A DNA stretch of 64,000 nt from Alphaproteobacteria bacterium (GTDB lineage: Bacteria; Pseudomonadota; Alphaproteobacteria; UBA828): NCBI GenBank assembly GCA_965220745.1, contig CBDCQT010000005.1, positions 160,001-224,000 of the forward strand. Direction: 5' to 3'. Position 1 is the first letter of the stretch; each line of letters opens with the position of its first letter. This document shows, piece by piece, positions 52,400-63,200 of the stretch. The notes beneath the pieces are model-generated. The model made no database searches. It was not told the origin of the DNA and saw nothing but the letters and a program-made list of their open reading frames with translations. Made by a program: the position numbers and the translations under genes.

Positions 52400-54178
52400 A
52401 TGAGCACTGCCGCAACCGGCGGCCGCAAAGGTATCCGCTACCAGCCTGACGAGAGGCCGCCGCCGGCGCTCGCCTTCGGCCTCGGCGCTCAGATCGCCGT
52501 GCTCACCATCGCCGGCATCATCCTGGTGCCCACCATCGTGATGCGTGCCGCCGGCGCGAGCGAGGACTATCTCTCGTGGGCGGTGTTCGGCACGGTCGCG
52601 ATCTGCGGCCTGACCACGGCGCTGCAATCGATCTGCACCGGACGGATCGGCTCAGGCCACGTGCTCATCATGGGCGCTTCCGGGGCCTTCATCGCTGTCT
52701 GCATCAACGCGATTGCGGCCGGCGGCCCGGCCTTGCTGGCCACGCTGGTCATCATCTCCTCCCTCGTTCCGCTGCTGATTTCCGTCCGCCTCGCGCTCTT
52801 CCAGCGGATCCTGACGCCGACGGTCTCGGGCACCGTGATCATGCTGATTCCCGTTACGGTGATGCCGGCCGTCTTCAAGCTCCTGGCGGCGGTGCCGGAG
52901 GGCAGCCCCGCCCTGGCGGCGCCATTGAGCGCGCTTGCGGTGGTGCTCGTTCTGGCAGCCATCGCGTTGAAGGCGTCGGGCGCGCTCCGCCTCTGGGCAC
53001 CAGTCATCGGCGTCGTCGCCGGCACGGGCGTCGCCGCCGCATTCGGCCTCTATGACGCGGGCCGCGTGGTCGATGCGCCCTGGGTCGGCGTACCGGCGGG
53101 CGAATGGGCGGGCTTCGATGTCGAGTTCGGGCCGTCGTTCTGGGCGCTGCTTCCAGCCTTCCTGCTGGTGGCCGTGATCGCCACCATCCGCTCCATCAGC
53201 GGTGCCGTAGCGATCCAGCGGGTCTCGTGGCGGCGGCCGCGGGCCGTGGATTTTCGGGCGGTGCAAGGGGCGATCACCGTGGACGGGATCGGCAACGTGC
53301 TTTCCGGCCTCGTGGGCACGACGCCGAATACGGCCACCACGGTGGGTGCGTCGGTGACCGAGCTCACCGGCGTGGGCGCGCGCAGCGTCGGCATCGCATG
53401 CGGGGCAGTCTTCTTCGCAGCGGCGTTCCTGCCCAAGCTGCTGGCCCTGGTGCTCGCAATACCGGGGCCGGTGATCGCTGCCTACCTCGGGGTCCTGCTG
53501 GCGACGCTCTTCGTAATCGGCATGAGGATCGCCATCCAGGACGGCATCGACTACCGCAAGGGCCTGATCGTCGGTGTTTCGTTCTGGATCGGGGTCGGCT
53601 TCCAGAACGACTTGGTGTTTCCCGAGCACATCTCGGAATTCGCAGGCGGTCTCCTGCGCAACGGGGTCACGGCCGGCGGGGTCACGGCCATCCTGATGAC
53701 CTTCTTCGTGGAGTTGACCAAACCCCGCCGCAGCCGCATGGAGGAGGCATTCGATCTCTCGGTCCTGCCGAAGATCAGGGATTTTCTCGGCGCCTTCGCG
53801 ATCCGCAGCGGCTGGGACGCGGCAATGGCGACGCGGCTGGACGCCGTCTGCGAAGAGACGCTGCTGACCCTGATCCGACATGAGGAAGAAGATGAGGAGA
53901 AACGGGAGCGCCGCCTGCGGCTGGTGGCCTACAGGGAAGGCAATGGCGCGGTTCTCGAGTTCGTCGTCGCGTCGCGAGAGGACAACATCCAAGATCGCCT
54001 TTCGCTGCTCGGCGACCAGCCCGGTGAGGTCTCGGCCGAGCAGGAGGTCTCGCTCCGCCTGTTGCGCCGGCTCGCTTCCTCCGTCCGCCATCAGCAGTAT
54101 CATGGCACCGACATCGTGACGATTCGCGTGGCAGCGGTGGTGGCCGGCGAAACAGGGGCGGCCGGCGAAAGGAATTGA
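52400..54178 (+). CDS. NCS2 (xanthine/uracil/ascorbate) permease with C-terminal cytoplasmic extension; SupE-like
   Basis: RYQPDERPP, GLTTALQ, multiple TM helices, GAITVDG..N; ~150-aa soluble tail; directly upstream of the PKS. Confidence 0.85.
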   Translation: MSTAATGGRKGIRYQPDERPPPALAFGLGAQIAVLTIAGIILVPTIVMRAAGASEDYLSWAVFGTVAICGLTTALQSICTGRIGSGHVLIMGASGAFIAVCINAIAAGGPALLATLVIISSLVPLLISVRLALFQRILTPTVSGTVIMLIPVTVMPAVFKLLAAVPEGSPALAAPLSALAVVLVLAAIALKASGALRLWAPVIGVVAGTGVAAAFGLYDAGRVVDAPWVGVPAGEWAGFDVEFGPSFWALLPAFLLVAVIATIRSISGAVAIQRVSWRRPRAVDFRAVQGAITVDGIGNVLSGLVGTTPNTATTVGASVTELTGVGARSVGIACGAVFFAAAFLPKLLALVLAIPGPVIAAYLGVLLATLFVIGMRIAIQDGIDYRKGLIVGVSFWIGVGFQNDLVFPEHISEFAGGLLRNGVTAGGVTAILMTFFVELTKPRRSRMEEAFDLSVLPKIRDFLGAFAIRSGWDAAMATRLDAVCEETLLTLIRHEEEDEEKRERRLRLVAYREGNGAVLEFVVASREDNIQDRLSLLGDQPGEVSAEQEVSLRLLRRLASSVRHQQYHGTDIVTIRVAAVVAGETGAAGERN

Positions 54179-54207
54179 AAGTGTCACCGCAATCGACGAC
54201 AGCCTTG

Positions 54208-54236
54208 GCTTATGTGAATGCCATTGGCCCATAAGC
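54208..54236. promoter_or_regulatory. Inverted repeat upstream of the PKS, next to a TAGAAT -10-like hexamer
   Basis: GCTTATG (54208-54214) / CATAAGC (54230-54236); TAGAAT at 54243-54248. Confidence 0.35.
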
Positions 54237-54283
54237 GCGGGTTAGAATAACCATTCCGTCCTCCTGACTGAGGGAGTATCGCG

Positions 54284-57200
54284 ATGGCGGAGCGAGACAG
54301 GGCTTGCGGACGCGCGAGCGACGCGCCCGACTTAAACGACGAACGCGCGCCGGAAGTCTCCGGGTCGAATGAACCAATAGCGATCGTCGGCATGGCGTGC
54401 CGGTTTCCCGGCGCCAACGGCATTTCCGCCTTCTGGCGGTTGCTTGAAGAGGGCGGCAACGCCGTGCAGGAGGGCGTGCCGGGCTCCGGCATCGGGCGCG
54501 TCGGCGCGCTCTTCCCCGACGATACGGGTCAGATCCAAGCCTGCCGCTTCGGCGCCTATCTGGAAGAGCTCGAGCAGTTCGATGCCGCCTTCTTCCGCAT
54601 TTCGCCGGTGGAAGCGCAACTGCTGGACCCCCAGCAACGGCTGATTCTGGAGACGAGCTGGCGGGCGCTCGAAGACGCGGGCATCGATCCCGAAGGTCTG
54701 AAGGACAGCCGCACCGGTGTCTATGCGGGGATCAGCAACAATGACTACCGGGGGCTGATTCTGGAGGCCAGCGAGGGCGCAGGGGCCGCCGAACCTGCTG
54801 CCAGTCTTTATGCGGTCACCGGCACCTCCCTCAATACGGCCATCGGCCGGGTTGCGTTCGCGCTCGGCCTCGGGGGGCCGGCGATGGCGGTGGACACCGC
54901 CTGCTCGTCGTCCCTGGTCGCGACGCATCAGGCAGTCTCGGGCCTGCAGCGGGGCGACGCCGATCTCGCGCTTGCCGGCGGGGTAAACATCATTCTCTCG
55001 GGTCGGCTTCTGGAGTTTCGTGCCAACGCGGGGATGTTGTCGCCAGACGGCCAATGCAAGACCTTCGATGCCTCCGCCAACGGATATGTCAGGGGCGAAG
55101 GCTGCGGGATTCTGGTGCTGAAGCGGCTCGCCGATGCGGAGGCCGCCGGCGACCGTATCTGGGGGGTCATCCGGAGCACGGCACTGAACCAGGACGGAGC
55201 CAGCCAGGGTCTGACGGTTCCGAACGGGGCGGCGCAGGAACGGGTGATCCGGGCGGCGCTCGAGCAGGCTGGAGTCCGGCCTTCGGATATCGACTATCTG
55301 GAAGCGCACGGGACCGGCACCGAGGTGGGCGATCCGATCGAGATCAATGCGACGGCGGCGGTCTACGAGCGCGGTCGGGACGCTGGCCGCCCGCTGCTGA
55401 TCGGCTCAGTCAAGACCAACATCGGGCATCTGGAGTCCGCGGCAGGGGTCGCGGGGCTGATCAAGACCGTGCTGGCGATGAATCGGCGGCTCATCCCCAA
55501 GCACCTCCATTTTCGCAACCCCAATCCGGAGATGGACTGGGAGCAGCTGCCATTGCAGGTGACGTCCGCCCCGACGTCGTGGCCCGCCCATGCAGACCGC
55601 GCGCCGCTGGCGGGTGTGAGCGGGTTCGGATGGTCCGGGACGAACGCCCACGTCGTGCTGGAGGGATATGCCTCGCCGGGCGGTGCCGCGTCTGGCCTCG
55701 ATGGGGACGATTGGATTGCCAGCGCTCCGCGGCCGATCGCCGTTTCGCTGCCGGCGTCCGTCGTGCCTTCGCAATCGAAGGACGGGCTTGCCCTTCGCGG
55801 AACGCGCCTGCTGCCGCTCTCCGGAAAGTCGGCCGCGGCGCTTCGCGACATGGCAGGACGCTATCTCGCCTGGCTCGACGAGGACGCCGACGTGGCCTTG
55901 CTCGCCGACATGGCATGGACGGCTGCCACAGGCCGGAGCCACTTCGGCCACCGGGCGGGCGTGGTGTTCCGGGACGTGGAGTCGCTGCGGGAGGGTTTGC
56001 GGGCGATCGTTGAGACAGACGAGAGACCGGCATCGCGCAAGGCGGCGAAGGTCGCGTTTGCCTACACCGGGCAGGCCAGCCAGTGGCCCGGCATGGGCGA
56101 GGCGCTCTATGCGAGCGAGCCGGTGGTGCGCGCGGTGCTCGACCGCTGCGACCAGGTGCTCGCGGAGGACCGGGGCGGCGCCTCGCTGCTCGACGTGATG
56201 TTCGGGCGGCCCGGTGCGGCGGGCGAGCTGGACGATCCGCACTGGAAGCAGCCCGCGATCTATGCGCTCGAATGCGCGCTTGCGGCGCTTTGGGAGAGCA
56301 TCGGTATCCGACCGGACGTGGTGCTCGGGCACAGCCTGGGGGAGATCGCGGCGGCACATACCGCCGGCGTCTTCAGCCTGGAGGAGGGCCTGCGCTTCGC
56401 GGCGGCGCGGGGTTCGTTGATTGGCGCCCTGCCCGGCGAGGGCGCGATGGCGGCGGTCTTCGCGTCGCCCTCCCGCGTGGCCGACGCCGTGGGAGAGCTG
56501 AACGCCGCCTCCGGCGGGCCGGGCCTGAGCGTCGCCGCGGACAACGGCGCCCACCAGGTGGTGAGCGGCCCCAAAGCTGATGTGGAGGCATTGCTCGCGC
56601 GCTTCGAGGCGGAGGAGGTTCGCGTCGCGCGACTGCGCAGGAGCCCGGCCTACCACAGCGCCATGATCGAGCCGGCGCTGGGCGATCTGGAGGCCGAAAT
56701 CTCGACGATCGCGTTCGCACCGCCGTCGCTCACCTTCGTCAGCAACCTGACCGGCCGGGCGCTGGACGCGGGCGAGGCGCCGGACGCGGCGTACTGGCGG
56801 CGCCAGGCGCGGGAGCCGGTGGCCTTCCGCGCCTGCATAGAGACGCTGGCGGAACTCGGTGTGGATGCCGTCATCGAGATCGGCCCACATGCCGTTCTGG
56901 GGCCGATGACGACCATGGCGTGGCCGGAGGCAACCGGGGCCGCGCCCGCGATTCTCTCGAGCCTGCAGCGGCCGTCGAAAGACGAGAAGCCACCTGCGCC
57001 GGGCTCGGGCGGCGGCTTCGTGGAGGCGGTTGCCGGCGCCTACGAGGCGGGGCTTCCGCTCCGCTTCGAAGGACTCTTCGCCGGTGAGTCGCGGAGCAAG
57101 ATCGCGCTGCCGGGTTATCCCTTCCAGCGCGAGCGCTATTGGGTCGAGGCACCCAAGCGGCGGCGGCAGGCAAGCGACCACCCGTTGCTCGGCAGCCGGC

Positions 57201-60200
57201 ACGAGTCCGCGAGCGGGGAGGTCGCCTTCGATACGGAGGTCTTCCCCTCCGATCCCGCGTGGCTCAGCGACCATCGCGTCTTCGGCCGGTTGATCGCGCC
57301 GGGCGCGCTCTACGGCGCCTTGGCAGCGTCGGCCACCCTCGCCGAGGGCAGCGACGCGGTGATCGTCGAAGACTTCCAGATGCAGAGCGCGCTGGTCTTC
57401 CCCGACCAGGACGCCGAGGACGGTACCGCTGAGGCGGGCCGGCGCGTGCAGGTGCTATTCGACGACGCCGAGGACGAGGCGGCTCGCCGGGTCCGCATCC
57501 TCAGCCGGGGCGACGCTGAGGACGGGTGGACGCAGCACGCGGAGGGTCGTATTTCGGCAAGCTCAGCTGGGCAGTCGCAAGCAGCCCCGCCGCTCGATAT
57601 CGAGGGGCTGAAGGCCGCCCTCACGCCGGTGGACCTCGCGGCCTACTACCGCGCCAAGGCCGCGGTCGGGATCGATCTCGGCCCCTCCTTCCGCACGGTG
57701 GAGGGGCTATGGGCGCGGCCGGGTGAGGCCGTCGCCGAGGTGGCGCTTCCGGCCGGTGTGGAGCGAAACCCGTTCGACGTGCACCCGCTCGTGCTCGACG
57801 GTTGCTTCCAGGTCTTCGGCGCGGCGCGCAGCCCCGACGGTGCTGAAGAAGGGATCACATATCTGCCCTTCGCGTGGGAGCGGCTGTGGCTCAGGGACCG
57901 GCTGCCGGACCGACTGATCTGCCACGTTTCCATGAGGGAAGGCCGGCTTGACGAAGAGGCGGACGCTGAGAGCGGCGGAGTGCCGGAGGTTCATGCCGCC
58001 GACCTCCGCCTCTACGACCAAGACGGGGCGCTCATCGGGGAGTTGGCCGGCTTCACCGTGAAGCGGGCAACGCGGGCGGCGCTGCTCGAAGGCGTGGAAG
58101 GGATCGACGAGCTTCTCTACGAAGTCGTATGGCGCGACTGCGCCTTGCCGCCGGGCATACTGCCGGCAGACTTCCTGCCGACTCCGTCGGCCGCGGTGTC
58201 CCGCTCGCAGCCCTTCTCCCGATATCTGACCGATGAGGGAGTCAAGGTCGCCGACGAGACCGACCTCCAAGGGGAAATGGGGCGGGCGTCGTGGTGCTAC
58301 GCGCTCTCGGCCCTGGAAACGCTCGGTTGGGAGCGTAGCGCAAGCGCGGTCGTAAACCCGGAAGAATTGCGCGAGCGCCTCGACGTTCTGCCCGAACACG
58401 CGCATCTGCTCCGCCGGATGCTCGAGATTCTGGCTCGTTCGGGCGTGTTGCAGGCGAAGGACGAGGACTTCGTCGTAACGGTCGGAGCCGACGATCCGCT
58501 GCCGGACGAAATGCCGCGCGATTCCGAGGCGTTTCTGGCCGAGGTGACGGCACGCTTCCCGCACGCGGCGAACGAGATCGGGCTGTTTGGGCGTTGCGCC
58601 GGTGCCCTGCCCGAGGTGCTGCGCGGCAAGGAGGATCCGCTGTCGCTGCTGTTCGGCGATGCGGAGCCGACGGCCGGCGATTTGTATCGATTGGCGCCGG
58701 TCTGGCGGGCAGCGAACCGCATGATCGGCGAGGTGGTTCGCACGCTCGTGGACAACGTGCCGGACGGGCGGCGTCTGCGCGTGCTGGAGGTGGGCGCCGG
58801 CATCGGCTCGGCGACCGAAACCATCCTGCCCGAGCTTCCGGCCGGACGGTTCGACCTCATGTATACCGACATCTCCGCGGGCTTCTTTGCGGAGGCGGAG
58901 TCGCGCTTCGGCGGCGCCGAAGCGTCGATCGACTACCGTGTGCTGGATATCGAGAAGGACCCGGTGGAGCAGGGCTTCGAGCCCCACGCATACGACATGG
59001 TCATCGCGGCCAACGTGCTGCACGCCACGAGCCATCTGGACGAGACGCTTGCCCACTGCCGGGCGCTCCTGGCGCCGTCGGGGCTGCTGGTGGCGCTGGA
59101 GAACCAGCGCGGCCGGGGCTGGATGGACCTGATCTTCGGCCAGCTGGACGGATGGTGGCGCTTCGCGGATCGCTACCGCCCGAACCACGCCCTCGCCGGG
59201 CCCGACGTGTGGCGTCAGGCGCTGGCCGATGCGGGGTTCACGGAATCCGAAGTTCTCGGCGTGGACCGATCGGAGGCGGCTGGCCTGCCGGATCGAGGGG
59301 TGATCGTGGCGCAGGGTCCGGCAGAGATCGAATTGCCGGAGGGCGCCTGGATTCTGGCAGCCGATCGGGGCGGCGTGGCGGCGTCACTGGCGGCGCAACT
59401 CGCCGCACAGAACCAGCAGGTGGTGCTGGCCGGCGACGATCCGGAACGCATGGGCGCGGCGGCGGAGCGCGACGCCGGGATCGTCGCAGTATCAGTCGAG
59501 ATGGAGCGCCGCGAGTCCTGGCGATCGCTCGTCGAGGGCCTGCCCCCGGACGTGCCTTTGGCCGGGGCGGTGCACCTCGTCGCGCAGGACGGCCACGGGG
59601 TGGACGCGACGACCGCAGACCTGGCGGCGGATGCGAAACGGGCGACTGCGAGCGCGCTGGCGCTCGTGCAGGGCATCGCGGATGCGGACGCCGTGCCCGA
59701 GAAGGGCCTCTGGTTCGTCACCCGGGGTGCGCAGGTGCTGGAGCGGGAGCGGATCGGGCAGTTGGCCGGCGCCGCCCTTTGGGGTCTAGGCAAGGTGGTG
59801 GTGCGGGAGGCGCCCCAGATGCAATCCCGGATGCTTGATCTCGACCCCGAGGCAGCGGAGCCGCAGGCCGTCCTCGCGGATGAGTTGCTGTTCCCGGATT
59901 TGGAGAACCACATCGCGCACCGCCAGGGGCGCCGCCAGGTGGCCCGGCTGGTGCGGACGGGTTCGGGCGCGGGGCGTCTTGCCCTGCCGGAGGAGGCAGA
60001 CTGGGTGCTGGCACCGGACGAGGGAGGGGCGATCGAGACACTGCGGGTGCAGCCGCTGGCGGCGCGTGCCCTGGAGCCGAAGGAGGTGCGCGTCGCGGTC
60101 GAAGCCTGTGGGCTCAACTTCCTTGATGTGTTCCGAGCCATGGGTCTGGTCGAGGAGGGGCTGCTCGGCGAGGAATTCTGTGGCCGGATTGTCGAAACCG

Positions 60201-63200
60201 GTTCAGACGTAATCTCGGTCACGGTGGGTGACCGCGTGGCCGGCTTCGCGTTCGGCACCTTCGGGCCGGAGGTGGTGACGCGGGAGGAACTGGTCGCGCT
60301 CGCGCCGCCGGACGTGTCGGCGACGGCGCTCGCGACGATCCCCTCGGTGTTCGTGACATGCGTGCTCTCGTACGAGCTTGCCGGACTCAAGGCCGGGGAC
60401 TGCGTGTTGATTCACGCCGGCGCGGGCGGAGTCGGCCTTGCGGCCATCCAGCTCGCCCAGGCGGCAGGGGCGGAAGTGTTCGCCACGGCGAGCACGCGCA
60501 AGCAAGCCTACCTCCGCTCGCTCGGCGTCGAGCATGTGTTCGACAGCCGCTTAACCGCGTTCGGTGAGGAAATCCTCGCGGCCACAGGCGGCGCCGGGGT
60601 CGACGTGGTGCTGAACAGCCTGACCGGCGAGGGCTTTATCGAGGCGAGCCTCGCCTGCCTCGCGCAGGGCGGCCGCTTCGTGGAACTCGCCAGGCGGGAT
60701 ATCATGAGCGAAGACGAGATGGCGGCACTGCGGCCGGATGTCGCCTATTCGATCCTCGATCTCTACACCCTGAAACAGCAGGATCCCGCGCGCCCCGGTG
60801 CGGCCCTGAAAGAGGTGCTGGCGCGCATCGCAACGGGCGAGCTTGCGCCGCTCAGGCACACCAGATGGCCGCTAGCCGAGACGAGCGCCGCGATGGGCTA
60901 CATGCGCGCGGCGCGGCATATCGGCAAGATCGTGCTGACGACGTCTCCCCTCGGGGCGGGCCCGCTGCGGCAGGACCGGACCTACCTGGTGACCGGCGGC
61001 CTCGGGGGCATCGGCTGTGCGCTTGCCGAGTGGCTGGCCGAGCGCGGCGCGGGCACGGTCGTGCTGAACGGCCGACGGGCACCGGACGCGGCTGCCGAAG
61101 AGGCGATCGAGGCGCTGCGCGACCGCGGGTTCAGCGTGGAGGTCGAGCTTGCGGACGTGACGGATCCGGCCGCGCTGGATGCCATGCTCGCGCGGATGGA
61201 TCGGGAGCTTCCGCCGCTCGCCGGGGTGATCCACAGCGTCGGCGTGCTGGCCGACGCCGCGCTCGGAAACCAGAGCTGGGAGAGCTTCGAGACCGTGCTG
61301 TGGCCGAAGATGCTGGGCGCATGGCACCTCCACCGCGCGACCGCCGATCGCGACCTCGACCTCTTCGTCATCTTCTCGAGCGTGGCCGGCATCCTGGGCA
61401 ATCCGGGCCAGGCCAATCACGCGGCGGCCAATGCGTTCCTCGATCAGCTCGCCGCCCACCGACGCGCCCTGGGGCTACCAGGGCAGGCCATCGCCTGGGG
61501 TGCGTGGTCGGGGCTCGGCGAGGCGGAGGAGCAGCGCGAGCGGATCGCACAGCGGCGGGAGGCATCGGGAACGGGCTGGTTCACGCCGGAGCAGGGCTTC
61601 AAGGCGCTCGACCGTCTGCTGCGGCAGGACGCCGCTGCCGCTGCCGTGCTGACGGCGGACTGGGCAGCATTCGGCGAGGCCCTAGAGAGCCGCCCACCCC
61701 TTTTCGAGGACCTGCTCACTGACGCGTCCGCGGACGACGAAGCCGCGGCCTTGTCGGAAGACCTGCTTGCACAGCTCGCCGCGACGCCCGCGGTGGGGCG
61801 CGAGGAGCTTCTGGTGTCCTTCCTGCAGCAGGAGGTGCAGGCGGTGCTGCGGCTGCCGTCGGCGCCGGCGCCGACGGTCGGCTTCTTCGACCTCGGCATG
61901 GATTCGCTGATGGCGGTCGAGCTGCGGAACCGCCTGAACCGGGCGTTCTCCGGCGCTTACGTGGCGCCTAACACGCTGGTGTTCGATTATCCGAACATTT
62001 CCGTTCTCGCTGGTCATCTGGTGGGGGAGCTTGGCGACGAGATCGCGGCCCCAGCCCCCGAGGCGACGACCGAACCGAGCCGGCAGGCGCCAGTGCAGCG
62101 CGAGGACGACGGCATCGCCATCGTGGGGATGGCCTGCCGCTTCCCCGGTGCGGCGGACTTGGGGTCCTTTTGGCGTCAACTCGAAGCGGGTCAGGACGCG
62201 GTGACGGACGGGCGTCAGGATGGCGGGACCTGGACCGGGGTTGCCGGAGACCCGGCAGCCGGCGACAGTCCCTGGAGGCAAGGCGGCTTCGTCGACGGGA
62301 TCGACCGCTTCGATGCGCGCTTCTTCGGCATGACGCCCATCGGCGCACGCATGATGGACCCGCAGCAGCGGCTGCTCCTGGAGACAACCTGGCAGGCGCT
62401 CGAAGATGCGGGGATCGATCCGGACGGTCTGCGAGGCAGCCGCACCGGGGTCTACGCTGGGGTCTCCACCAGCGAGTACCGCGACCTGATGATGTTGGCC
62501 GGCAACGAGAACCTCAGCTATCTCGGTACCGCGAGCAGCACCGCAGTCGGTGGCGTCGCGTTCAAGCTGGGTCTCACGGGGCCGACCAATCCGGTGATGC
62601 TCAACTGCGCGGCGTCGCTGGTCACGGTGCAGCAGGCGGTCGCGGGCCTGCGGCAGGGCGAGGTTGACATGGCGCTGGTGGGCGGCGTGAGCGCCGTGCT
62701 TTCGCCCGGGCTGACCGTCGAGATGGCAGCGTTGGGAATGCTGTCACAGCGCGGCCGCTGCAGCACCTTCGATGCCGCGGCGGATGGCTTCGTGCGGAGC
62801 GAGGGCTGCGGCATGGTCGTCCTGAAGCGGCTCGCCGAAGCGGAGGCCGACGGCGACCGAATTTGGGCGGTGATCCGCGGGGCAGCGGTCAACCAGAACG
62901 GGGCGAGCGCGGGACCGACAGTGCCGAACGGGCCGGCGCAGGAGCGGGTGATCGAGGAAGCGCTCTCGCAGGCGGGGGTCTTGCCGTCGGACGTTGACTA
63001 TCTGGAGGCGCACGGGGCGGGTTCGGCGCTGGGCGATCCTATCGAGGTGAACGCGGCGGCGGCGGTCTATGGTCGGGAGCGGAGCCCTGACCGTCCGCTG
63101 CTCATCGGCTCGGTCAAGACCAACATCGGCCATCTGGAATCGGCGGCGGGCGTTGCCGGCCTGATCAAGGTCGTGCTGGCGATGCGGCACGGCACAATCC

